A DNA stretch of 63,999 nucleotides, filler included, from Dimargaris cristalligena (Eukaryota): NCBI GenBank assembly GCA_003614675.1. It is 4 parts of 4 records of this genome, joined end to end, with 100 filler letters (N's around TTAATTAATTAA, not from the genome) between each part and the next. Parts side by side here need not be neighbours in the genome. Positions count along the whole stretch, not along the records: positions 1 to 16,991 come from ML002825.1; 3 more parts are not named here. One strand, given 5' to 3'. This document shows positions 1 through 11,037 of the stretch, in pieces. The position numbers and the translations under genes were made by a program. Under the pieces are notes generated by a model that saw only the letters and a program-made list of their open reading frames with translations, was not told the origin of the DNA and did no database searches. Each line of letters opens with the position of its first letter. Within the stretch, counting starts at the first letter, position 1.

Positions 1-142
1 TTGCCTCATCAAATGGATTTTTCGTTATACAGCCTTGTTGAACTACTCCCATATTCTAGAAAGCCTCAACACTCGGCATTATAGTTCCTTGGCCCTACTC
101 GACCTGTGTGTTACACCGCTATACATGCTTTACGCTACTCAG

Positions 143-1237
143 ACAAGCCCGCATGTTTCCACCACCTCGACCTCCTCCGCCATTCCTAGGCCCCCCTCCT
201 CCCTTTGATCCGGCACGTCCCCCACCGCCTCCCTTTGGCCTGCCTCGTCCACCACCACCACCACCTCCTCCGTCGAAACCCTACCATGAGCTTCCGGCCG
301 GCCTAATGCTGCCCCACGGCCGACCGGACCTCGACCCCTACACCCCCCTCCTCACCGAGGCCATTGTGGTGCCCCGCGAACGGCCCCCCGTCACTTATGA
401 GCTTATTGTCGCCGCGGAGAACTTTTACCAAGGCGTAGCGGATATCCGAAGCCAGGGTCTTCGCCCCCAAGCCATCCCCCGGGACTCACGGACCATTGAT
501 AAAGAGGGCTGGGAGACGGGTTACCTCGATGCCTTTTACCAACGCATCCGCCCCGGCGTAGCCCCAGCTCGGCACCGGACCGCTGCCTTACCCCACTCGG
601 ATTCAGACACCTCTTCATCCAGTGACGCCACGAGCTCGGACTCGGAGACGGAGGGGGACACCGCCGCCCTCCCTGTACTGGGGCCGAAGCCGCCGCGGTC
701 GGTTCAGCAGGCCAGCCTCAATCGCATGATTTCGCAGGAAAACAAGGGATTCCAAATGCTCAAGAAGCTTGGTAAGTGTGGCGGTGGTTCTATCGTGCTA
801 CAGTGGACCACCTTATTAGGATATACGGGACATTTAGATTATCCCAATTAATCCCCGACTCTCTAGCATTGCGTTTACTATTCAAAGAAGGCAACAAAGG
901 CCTATACCCAACCATGCTGCCTTGATTGAAGTAGCTAACTTCCGCCCTCTAATGGCTACCTTGTTACACGCCTTTTGGATGTTTTGGCCATGATTTAGGT
1001 TGGGCCGGGGAAGGAAGTGGCCTGGGCATGGCCAAGGACAGTATCACCGAGCCTATCCTTATCGACTCCACGCGGGCCTCCCAGTCGCGCGGTATCGGCC
1101 ATGGCAAGCCCGCGGTATACGCTGCCCCCACCGAACCCGTAGACCCCCTTGATGTTAAAATTGAGAAGTATCGCCAGCAACAGATCAACCGATACAGTCA
1201 GAACCAACGACCGGCGGACCGGGACGAATCAGGCTAG
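143..1237 (+). CDS. CHERP-like G-patch splicing factor, 3' portion (5' exons lie outside the window)
   Basis: Exons ~143-771 and 999-1237. Intron 772-998 has GTAAGT, GCTAAC at 934-939 and ends TAG. Splicing rebuilds a G-patch (ENKGFQMLKKLG|WAGEGSGLGMAKDSITEPI). Upstream motifs PYHELPAGLM, YTPL, AAENFY and EGWETGYLDAFY resemble the conserved CHERP block. Confidence 0.75.
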
Positions 1238-1567
1238 TTGATAATCTAATAAACACTTCATAATCTAACCGACGATAAACCCTCACCCCCTAATAATCTC
1301 ACCAGTCGAACCCTCCCCCCGTTTAAACATCTCCTTAAGCACACCCACCATCGGCCCTCTCCACCAATATCTATATATCTATATTATAAAGCCGCTATTT
1401 TCCGTAAAAATGTAGGGGGCTAACTATTTATATATAACCCTCAGTAATTCCGGTCACCTGATCCCAAACTCTCCTCAACGCTCAATTGGTGAGAACTGCC
1501 GCCCAATTACTATTACTATTATTATCTATATGGGAGTAGTTCAGTAAGGCTGTATAATGAAAAATCC

Positions 1568-1674
1568 ATTTGATGAGGCAAATACTACTACTGGTTAAAA
1601 ATAAACATCCCACCGATTGTCCCATACACATATCGGTTAAACTCTTATACAACCAAGCTGAACTTCACCCATAT
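1568..1674 (+). repeat. Dispersed ~105-bp repeat, copy 1 (copy 2 at 17092-17195)
   Basis: Both copies share the blocks ATTTGATGAGG, TACTGGT, CACATAT, TCTTATACA and TTCACCCATAT in the same order. Confidence 0.7.
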
Positions 1675-2817
1675 CTATCTATATATACTAAGGGGGTGTT
1701 AATGCTGAACCGACTGTAGTACCCAGCACCAACCAAGCAGACCAGCGTCCCATATCCAGGGTAAAACCACCCTCTAGGATAAGAACTTAGCTATACAGCT
1801 AGAACTGACTTGGTGTTGTTTACTACACATAGCCCGCCTTTATATGCGAACTTTCGGGCCCCCAGTGATAACAGGTGTGGCTGTTCACACTCCCCTCTAC
1901 CTGCCCACTTGATCCTTCAATATAAAGGTAGAGCCGATTGGCATTCTGGCAAACCTTAGATAACTATCTCCATATTCGCCTACAACCTATTACCCAATCA
2001 CTACCATTATACAATCTATTATTATTTTATTCATGTTCCAATAAACCACTATCCTGTTTAGCTATCCACTTGCTCAACCACTCATTAACAGGAGCTATAC
2101 TAAAGGTGCTATATTTGCTCCATAAAAAAGTATGGGGCTAACTTAAATAACCCTTAGTCAAGTTCGCCCCTTTTCATACATCAACAGGGTGGTGACGCAC
2201 CTTTTTTATCGACTCGGGTTTCCGCACTCTCAAAAAGGGAAGAGATTTCATTATTTTAATAACAAGGACATACATAGGTATCTATATAATTGAGGCAATG
2301 GCGGTCGCGTCTATCTAACTTTATTTACACTGCCAAGGCGATTGTAGTTTACCTAACTCGGTGGTGAATATATCTAAATAAATTTAACCCCAGGGCGGCG
2401 GCCTCACCCATGGGCTCTTTAGCTGGTCGCCTACACTAACATCTGCAGATCGTTTGACCCGGAAACGGGTCGCTTAGATCTAGTATATATATATATATAC
2501 AAATGTATAAATAGCCTAGATATCATTTTCCAATTTGATCCCTAAATGGGTTCATCCATTTGAATACTATATTCCCAAGTAAAAATTTCCCAAAAACCAA
2601 ATACCGATATCGCTTTATTAATTTCACCCCAATAGACCCTATAGAATATGGATAGGATTAAACCAAAGCATTGAAGGAGGGAAGGGAAAGGGACAGATGG
2701 CTATCCTGCAACCCACCCCCATCATCCAAGAATCAAGTGAGAGTGCTGCGACGGACGTGAGGACACAGGTCGCAGCATTTAAAAAGGACTGAGCGAAGCA
2801 GAAAGTATAGAGGCAGT

Positions 2818-4070
2818 TTAATCGGCCTTGAGCATATCCAGGAACTTGGCACCAGCCTTGCCCTTGGCAGCCTTCTTGGTCTTCTTCTGGCCAGCGCCCA
2901 GAATCTCGGCACGGCGGGTGACCACGGAGTAGGGGTTGAGACGGACCATCACACCGGTGTTGCGGAGGGGGTTCTTCTTCTGGGTCCAGGGGCGCTTGGT
3001 GTACTTGGAACCAGCGGGGCGGAGGGCAGCCTGGACTTCGGAAGAGTTGATGATGCGGGCAATATCGGAGTTACCGACCATGTTGCCGGGCAGCTTGTAG
3101 CCGGACTTGAGGCTGGAGACCTCCTCGGTGGTACCGAAGAGCTGGTCGAGCTGGGCAAAGGCACTCTGGGTCCAGATGATGAAGCGACCCATGTGACCAC
3201 CGGGAGCCAGCTGGAGCAGGTTGACGTTGCGGACGTTGACGATCTCGACACCGGGAATGTTGCGCATGGCGCGGCTCACGCCGTTATCGGTGTGGTAGAC
3301 CACGAGGGGACCGCGGCGCTGGGTGTGGCGGCGGTTGCGCGACTTACCACGGCCGGCACGGATCTTACGGGACTGGATAACCTTGAGGACGTCCTGGAAG
3401 GCGTTGACGGACTTGAGGAGGGTGACGGCCTCACGGGTGGTCTTGATGCTCTCGACGTCGTCGCTGACCACGAGGGGGACCTCGGCGATCTGGGCAACGC
3501 GGTGACCGCGGGCCAGGACCAGGGCGGAGACACCGGTAGCGGCCAGGGCGGAGGCGGTGGCGTAACGCTTCTGGTTCAGGTTGATCTTGACATGCCACTT
3601 GCGCCAGGTCTTGGTGGGGGCGAACATGCGACCACCACGGCACATGTTACCGAAGGCGGCCTGGCCCGCGCGGTGGGTACCACCACCGGACACACGGGGA
3701 ATACGGGCGACGGCGCGACCGGTACCCCAGGACTCGGCGGAAGTTTGGTGACCAGCCTTGTCGGAGACGGCGTAGGGCTGACGGTTGTTCTTGGCCATGC
3801 AAGTGTGGACGAACTGGACCACATCGGGGCGGATGGGCGAGTTGAAGATGGCGGGCAGAGCCACGGTACCGGCGGCGGCACCTCCAGCGGCGGCGAAGAC
3901 GTTGACAACGGGACGGTTGACAGTGGACTAGAGGGAGCGGGCATAATGTGAGGGGGATAGCATAGCGGTTAGTTAGTTATGCCGAATGGATGGATGGATG
4001 GATGGATCATTAGGAGTTCGATACGGCAGGTGGGACCGATTGACGAGGGGGCGGGGTGCGGACGTACCAT
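2818..4070 (-). CDS. RPL4: 60S ribosomal protein L4 (uL4)
   Basis: Hallmark sequence [17 protein letters not shown]...[12 protein letters not shown] and [13 protein letters not shown]. Exon 1 is ATG only (4068-4070), intron 3928-4067 (GTACGT...ACTAAC...TAG), exon 2 is 2818-3927 starting [11 protein letters not shown]. Confidence 0.97.
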
Positions 4071-5833
4071 TTTGGTGTAGATGGTATTGGAACCCGGGGT
4101 AGGGAGGGAATAGGGGAGGGAAATGGGCAAGCGAAAGAGAAGGAGTGATGAGGGTCGGAGGGCCAATGGGACTTGTATAGTAGTCGTCTCTCTTTCGATT
4201 TGTGTTTAAAAAAAGGCCTCGGCAATGATAGTTTTGGCCATTGCCCGCCCAAAGGTGGGCCAGTCAGCAGTAGTAGTCCAGGCGGTGTATAGAGTGGGTA
4301 GAGAATACGTGGTATATGCGATGGATAAAATAAGGGGGATTCAAAGGTGGGGCACATCACGTGACTGACCGGGTACCTCGCTCTCTCTCTCACTCTCTCT
4401 CTTTCTGCAAGGGGGTGGAGAAAGTCGAGGGCCCGCCACTCCTCTTCCTCTTCCCTTATTCCAAACCCCATTGACCAACCCATCAACCGGGCCAGTGCTT
4501 TTTTGGTGGCTTAATTCAGGAAGGGATGAACCAAAAGGCCAAGCCCAGCGGCCTAAAGGGTTTTTATTTAGATTTAATTTAACTTAATTTAATTTAAAAG
4601 ATTCCAACCCCATTAATCAATTAAATATTGTGGGGGGGTGTTATTGGTTAGAGATATTTGATGGCTCTGGCACTTACGGCTGGTTCTTACTCAACTGAGC
4701 CACGGGTGGAATTCTCCCCTGTCCTGACCACCACCACCAACCCTACTACTACTACTACTATTACTACTACCTACTGCCCAATGCCTACCCGGGGTCTTTG
4801 GATTATGCTTTCCAAGAACGGGAAGAGGAGGAGGGGGGAATTGGCGGGTTGCCAACTCGGTATATTATATTATTATTGTTATCGGTAGGGGTAATGTAGA
4901 GAGTATTGAAATTACTATGGCTCAAGTGCCATCCGGCGCCTCTCGCCAATACACACACACACACACACATACATGCCTTCCCAACCACTTACCATAAGCA
5001 GCCAGTGTACCCCAAACATCTAGATCAACGGGGGGTTTTCTCATCGGCCCGGTTTGGCATAGCATAGGCCACCCCAATGGAGAAGGGGGAGGATGTCCTG
5101 GGTACAGGTGGCTCGGGCCCTAGTGGCAGACCGGCGGGCGGCGGCTGGGTTGGTTGGAGGGGCCTTGTGTAACCTAAACTAGCGAGACCATAAGCGGCAA
5201 CTGACTGCTTGCGCCAGCAGGGTTTCTGAAAGGGATGCTGGAAGCCGGCGGTGGTGCGGAAGATACTTTTCTCTTGGACGCGGAAGAGTGCCACGGGATG
5301 ATCCGCCCGGGAGTAGTCAGTTCATTCCTAGGCGGCGGGATCGACGACTTGGAGGGGTTCCCATGGGGCTCGTTCGGGCAGGTGGGGGTAGCGGCTGCAT
5401 CCGTCGGTGGGGGTCGCGGATTCCCAAGCCCAGTGTCCGGAAACGGAAGGGTCGGTGGCCGCCTATTGGCTGGTTCAGTCGGCTAGTTAGAGGGTTAGTT
5501 CAAGAGGGAGGGAGGGGAGCTTGGGCTGTGAGTGAGTTGAGTGCTACGTTACACCCCGCTCCCGTCGTCGGCCTATTTCCACCCTAGCTTGTATGCTCAG
5601 TGGTGCCCCTTTTCTTTCCTTTCCTTTCCACTTGGTGCCGCCGCTAATAATACTCTCTTAAACCCTAAAGCTCCTGAGTCCGTTGCCTCGGTGAACCTTT
5701 TCCCGACTCCTTCCCTAAAGTTCCTTTCTTTCGTTTGCTGCCTACTATTCCTTTTTACATAACTACCTACCTACTTGTAACCCTCTCCGACTAATCGCTG
5801 CGCTCGTTCCCGTGGCCCAGCCCCATCTCCTCC

Positions 5834-7801
5834 ATGTCTTTGGGTTGCGAGTCCGCGACCCGCCCGGCCCCGGGCCCCAGCCACCTCCCCACCCTGGCCG
5901 TGCTGCCCCCCACGCGCGACTCGTTTTCCACCGAGGAGTTCCAGACCGCCCTCGACGACCTGCACTCCTTTTACCGCACCGCCCCCGAGCGCCTGGGCCC
6001 CAAGGAGACCCTGGTGCGCCATAACCTCCTGACCGGCGAGGCCGTGTCGTGCGTGCGCTGGAAGGACCGCCTATACATCACCAGCACCGATATTATCCGT
6101 GGCCTAGTATTTCGCTTCCAGGCCATGGGCCGCCCCGTGCGTATGCTCAAAAAATTCGAAGAGGGTGTATTCAGTGACTTGCGTAATCTAAAATCCGGGG
6201 TGGATGCCACCCTGGAAGAGCCCCGCTCCGACTTTCTGGAGCTCCTCTACAAACACCAGTGTATCCGCACCCAGAAGAAGCAGCGCGTCTTCCACTGGCA
6301 CGCCGTGAAGCACGATTATCTGTTCCAGGAGGCCTACGAGCGCGACCTGAAGCGGGTGGCCCGGGGTACCGCCCCGACCACCAGCAGTCGCCCCGGCTCC
6401 CCGACGGCCCAGCCCCAACACCAACCCGAGACCGCCTGCCACCCCCACGATCCCTCCACGCCGGGCCTCTCGGCCTCCTCCACCACGTCGGACCCCTCCC
6501 AGTCCCCGCTCGCCCTCGCCTTCAGCCACCCCACGGCCCGCTCCTTTAAACCCCCGCCCGACGTCTATCATCACATTACCGCCAACGGGTCCACCATCCG
6601 CGTGCCCCACGATGCGCTCCTACACCTGGGCCACGACGAGGACGACAATGATGTGCTCAGCGAACTCCAGGCCGTTAACTCGGAAATGAGCCTCTCCGAA
6701 CCCTCCCTCTCGCTGTGCTTATCTACTTCCTATCCCAGCGGCCTGTTGGCCTCCGCCGCCGCTGCTTCTAACCCCAGCCCGCCCTACAAATCCCAGCACT
6801 ACCCGCTGCACCCGGGAAGTCTGTACTCGGAGGCCTTTGGCGGCCCGTCCGATCTCACGACCCACCACCCCGTCGAGCCCACCTGGGCCTGTTGCCCCCT
6901 CCACAGTACCCACCTTTCCCCCGAGTGCCCCATGTGCCAAATGGCCCTTCAGGCCAGCACTACCACTATGCACACTCCCGCCGACCCACCGGCCAAGCGG
7001 CGGCCGTCCCCGTCGGTGGAGCCCCAGGGCCAGGCCAAGCGGCCCCGTATTACGTGCCCCCAGTGCTCCCGGGAATTCACCCGGTTAGAGGGGCTCCGGC
7101 GCCACATGACCACCCACGGGGCGTCCAAGACCTTCCGGTGCTCAGTGAGTGGGTGCCTCAGCCATTTCGATCATTTGGAGGCCCTCAACACCCACATCCA
7201 GCTGCAGCACAGCACCGCCACCCACGGTCGCTCGCTGCTGCCGGGTCGGCGGCCCCCGCCCCCGCTGGTTTTGTCGTCCAGTTCGACGTTTCCGCTGGGC
7301 CCGGCCTCGGCCTTTTTCCCCTCCTCGCCGTTTCTCATGGGCCCGGCGTCGGCCGGCCACCTCACGTCGGCCTCCTTGCCCGTCTCGCCCTACCCCATGC
7401 CGGGGATGCACCATTCGTCGACCATGGGGGTGGGGCTGGGCCCCGCCAACGCCTCCCCCTTCTCGGTGGCCGGGTCCCCCGTCGCCCTCAGCCATGATCC
7501 CAACCCGGCCGGCTTTCTCCCCAACTATTTCTTCCCCATGGCCGCCCCGTCCCCCGGCGACCACGTCCTGCACGGCGGGCTAATAGGACCGAGTGCCCGG
7601 TTCCCGCTGAATCCCGCCGCATTCATGCCGCACTCTCCGCTGGGCCTCCCCCCCTCCGCCAACTTCAACACTTCAATGTACGGCCACCCCGCCGGGCCGA
7701 CCTACGACGGGTTTCCCACCGCCCAAAACGACCGATTGGACCCTCTTCCCGATCTTATTGACGACGATGCGGACACCGACTTGCCCGAGCAGAGACCCTA
7801 A
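5834..7801 (+). CDS. STE12: STE12/SteA-like transcription factor (STE domain plus two C2H2 zinc fingers)
   Basis: STE domain: VSCVRW...ITSTDIIRGLVFRF...KKFEEGVFSDLRNLK...CIRTQKKQRVF. C2H2 fingers: CPQC...HMTTH and CSVSGC...HIQLQH. Confidence 0.92.
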   Translation: MSLGCESATRPAPGPSHLPTLAVLPPTRDSFSTEEFQTALDDLHSFYRTAPERLGPKETLVRHNLLTGEAVSCVRWKDRLYITSTDIIRGLVFRFQAMGRPVRMLKKFEEGVFSDLRNLKSGVDATLEEPRSDFLELLYKHQCIRTQKKQRVFHWHAVKHDYLFQEAYERDLKRVARGTAPTTSSRPGSPTAQPQHQPETACHPHDPSTPGLSASSTTSDPSQSPLALAFSHPTARSFKPPPDVYHHITANGSTIRVPHDALLHLGHDEDDNDVLSELQAVNSEMSLSEPSLSLCLSTSYPSGLLASAAAASNPSPPYKSQHYPLHPGSLYSEAFGGPSDLTTHHPVEPTWACCPLHSTHLSPECPMCQMALQASTTTMHTPADPPAKRRPSPSVEPQGQAKRPRITCPQCSREFTRLEGLRRHMTTHGASKTFRCSVSGCLSHFDHLEALNTHIQLQHSTATHGRSLLPGRRPPPPLVLSSSSTFPLGPASAFFPSSPFLMGPASAGHLTSASLPVSPYPMPGMHHSSTMGVGLGPANASPFSVAGSPVALSHDPNPAGFLPNYFFPMAAPSPGDHVLHGGLIGPSARFPLNPAAFMPHSPLGLPPSANFNTSMYGHPAGPTYDGFPTAQNDRLDPLPDLIDDDADTDLPEQRP

Positions 7802-9325
7802 ACCATAGACCCCCCTATACCTGTCTCACTTTCTTACATTCCATCATCTTGTTCTTTTTGATATATATATATATATATATACGTTATCTACCCGCCCATT
7901 CGTTATGTTAGCGTGTGTGTTTTAGTTTTTCCATCTTGGACAATTTCCAAAGTCAAAGCGTGAGAGCAGTTCCCAGACCCCGTTCTCTCTTCATGCCTAT
8001 ATTTAGACGTGATTGACCGAGGGACCTTGACGTGTTCTTTTCCCGCTTTCTTTCAGCAACGGCCCTGCGTGGTGTGTCTCCACCGCCCCTCGCATTCCTT
8101 TAGCCATAATTTATGGGGGTTGTTTGTGGCCTAATTTATATTTATATGATTTTATTTTACTTGACTTTACGTTATTTCATTTCATTTCATCTCATCTCAT
8201 CTTATTGTAGGGTTTGCTAACGACCGAATTCGGCCTAGCCTAATGCTCCGCTAGGGCCACGCCTCTCCCAGCATCCCCCCCCTCTCTCTCTCTCTTGACC
8301 TCTTTGTATATTTTATATATCTTTTTACCTCGTTACCGCTTTATTTCTCTACATATTAAATCTCCGCCTCTCCATCTATCCCGGTGTGAATCATAATATC
8401 ACCTAATACCTGTCTAATGCATCGTCGTCCGTCGATTGGACCGCTCACTTGGTAGAGTTGGATGAGACTGGAATTACTGGTTAAGAATAAATTACCCGTC
8501 TGTATTTGCTTGTACACGTATAATATACACCTCCATCAGTTTGTATGTAGCTTGACTTATATCGTTTAGTATTGGGCTTCACCCGTATAGAAGATGCTCT
8601 CTGTCCGAGCTCAGGACTGGGGCCATATGCAATATTGGGGGAGGTCGCCGGCGGGCGGGGAGGGTATACGGTTTTAGTCGGAAGAAACGGGACTTGTGGG
8701 GTTACGACGGTGGTACTAACCCCTTTCACCCATATAGCCTGGCCGGCATGGGCTAGCGGGGCCTTTTATGGGTTGGAGGAAAATAAAGGCCGATTGGTTC
8801 CTGGCGAGCCTACCCCCGTGGACGTCGGGAAATACCGGCCTATAGGCAACCGAGTAAGAGAAAGATAGGAGAGTGCTGGAGTTATCCGAGGGTCTTTTCT
8901 TCCTCCTCTCACACACTCGCTAATTGTCGTATGCGTGCATATATGCATATATACACCCAGGCCCTAAAATACATATAAACACGCGGCCGGCGCTTGCGTA
9001 TACCCTGCGCCAGGTATAGTGTCCTGAAAGGTTGATCAATTTAGCGGTTTGGGCTTTTCTTCGTTCTTTAGGTTCTTTGTAATATTTTGTGGTTCGTGTA
9101 TTAATTTCCCTGCCTTGACCCCCCCTCCCCCGTCTTCTACTTGTGTCCCTGCGTGTTTTATTATTTTTGGTTGGAATTAAGCGACACCTTCCGCCGGTTT
9201 CTCTTTTTCCACCCCTTCTCCCTCTCTAACTAACTGTCGTTCTCTCCCCTCCTCCCTCCTGTTCTTTTCGACCTGCGTGACCCCCGACCCCCCACAACTC
9301 GTCTTTGGTTGATTCGAAGCCCGCC

Positions 9326-10351
9326 ATGCCGTCGTATACCTCTGAGGAAATCGCCCGCCACAACTCGGCCTCGTCGCTGTGGGTCTCCTACCAGGGGCAC
9401 GTTTACGATCTGACCGAATTTGCCGCTGGCCACCCCGGCGGTATCGAGTACCTGCTGGACTATGCCGGCCGTGACGTGGCCACCGTGATGAAGGACCCCC
9501 TGGAACACATCCACTCGGAGTCGGCCTACGAGCTGCTGGTCGAGTACCGCATTGGCGAGGTGGCCGCCTCCGGTAAGCCCGGCTCCGCCGAGATCCAGGC
9601 CGCCGCCGCCAGCTGTCCCCCCACCACCGACATTCAGGCCGATTTTTCCCGCGAGCGCTTCCTGGACCTGAGCCAGCCCCTTTTCCCCCAGATGCTCCGC
9701 TCCTCCTTCTCCAAGGAGTTCTACATGAACCAGATCCACAAGCCCCGCTATCTGGCCTACTCGGCCCCCTTCTTTGGCCACGACTCCTATCTGGAACCCT
9801 TTACCAAGACCCCTTGGTTTGTGGTGCCCTTGCTATGGATTCCCATCGTCGCCTGGTTCGCCAACCAAGCCCTCGTCCGGGGCCTTGACCCGTTGCTGAT
9901 CGCCCTCTACATGGCCTTTGGCCTGGGCGTCTGGACCCTGCTCGAATACATATTGCACCGCTTCGTGTTTCACGTTGAGGCCCTCCTGCCCGACCACCCC
10001 CTGGCCCTGTGCCTGCACTTTACCCTCCACGGCGTTCACCACTACCTCCCCATGGACCGTCTGCGTCTGGTTATGCCGCCCGCGCTGGGCTTCACCCTGG
10101 CCTACCCGCTGGTCCAGCTCGGCCACCTGGCCTTTCCCGCTGGTATTTCGCATGCCGTCATGGCCGGTACCATTGCCGGCTACATCGCCTATGATTTAAC
10201 TCACTACTACCTCCACCACGGTCGGCCCTTTATCCAGCACCTACGCTCTATGAAGACCTACCACTTGGCCCACCACTACAAGGACTTTAACCTGGGCTAC
10301 GGGGTCACCGTCAAGGTGTGGGACCGCATGTTTAACACCCTGCTTAATTAG
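9326..10351 (+). CDS. SCS7: Sphingolipid fatty acid 2-hydroxylase (cytochrome b5 plus hydroxylase domain)
   Basis: b5 heme motif HPGG; His boxes HRFVFH, HGVHH, HYYLHH, HLAHH; PMDRLRLVMPP. ATG at 9326. Confidence 0.95.
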   Translation: MPSYTSEEIARHNSASSLWVSYQGHVYDLTEFAAGHPGGIEYLLDYAGRDVATVMKDPLEHIHSESAYELLVEYRIGEVAASGKPGSAEIQAAAASCPPTTDIQADFSRERFLDLSQPLFPQMLRSSFSKEFYMNQIHKPRYLAYSAPFFGHDSYLEPFTKTPWFVVPLLWIPIVAWFANQALVRGLDPLLIALYMAFGLGVWTLLEYILHRFVFHVEALLPDHPLALCLHFTLHGVHHYLPMDRLRLVMPPALGFTLAYPLVQLGHLAFPAGISHAVMAGTIAGYIAYDLTHYYLHHGRPFIQHLRSMKTYHLAHHYKDFNLGYGVTVKVWDRMFNTLLN

Positions 10352-10481
10352 CTCCGTGCTACCACCCCCCCGCGCCCGTGTACAGCCTTGGTACTATTCC
10401 ATTGTCACTTATTTGACTACAACCATGCTTGCTTAGTTTATACCTGTTAGCTCATCCTTACATATCTATCCATTTTCATTC

Positions 10482-10519
<38 letters not shown>
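10482..10519. repeat. Compound (CT)n(AT)n microsatellite
   Basis: Directly visible. Other short microsatellites: (AT)n at ~2484-2499 and 7861-7881, (GGAT)n in the RPL4 intron at ~3986-4007. Confidence 0.85.
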
Positions 10520-11037
10520 CTATATGTCTATTTGCCTATTTACGAATACTGCCGTACCATGCCATCGTGTGCGTGTTTAATTTCCGTTTGGTTTTTTGAT
10601 TGATTAATTTTATTCTGGGTTTAATTCCGCCCCGGTACTAATACAGTGATGGTCTATATATTACCTATTTGGGCGATTAATGGTTTGTTAACCCGATGGA
10701 ACTATTGGGCGGGTTCAGCTGGGGGGGGCGGCGTATAATCACGGCTATTTTCCCCTAAGCGTCCATCATACGGATGAGATTAAAGTTGGCCATGGAACAT
10801 GAACTCCCGTATGATGTGGCTGGCCCAACATAAACTATTCGCTTATTCTCCCCTATACATCTAATCTAAAACCACACCCAGTTGCACTTAATTGCCTCCA
10901 TGTACTAATCACTGGGTAGAGCATGCCTAGCCGAAAAGGTCCGAAACATCTAAATTTATATATACTTATATCTACGCGATGCATCGATTGCGGTAGTCAA
11001 ACAACATAGCAAATGGGCAGGGAAGGGTCTCACCTAT

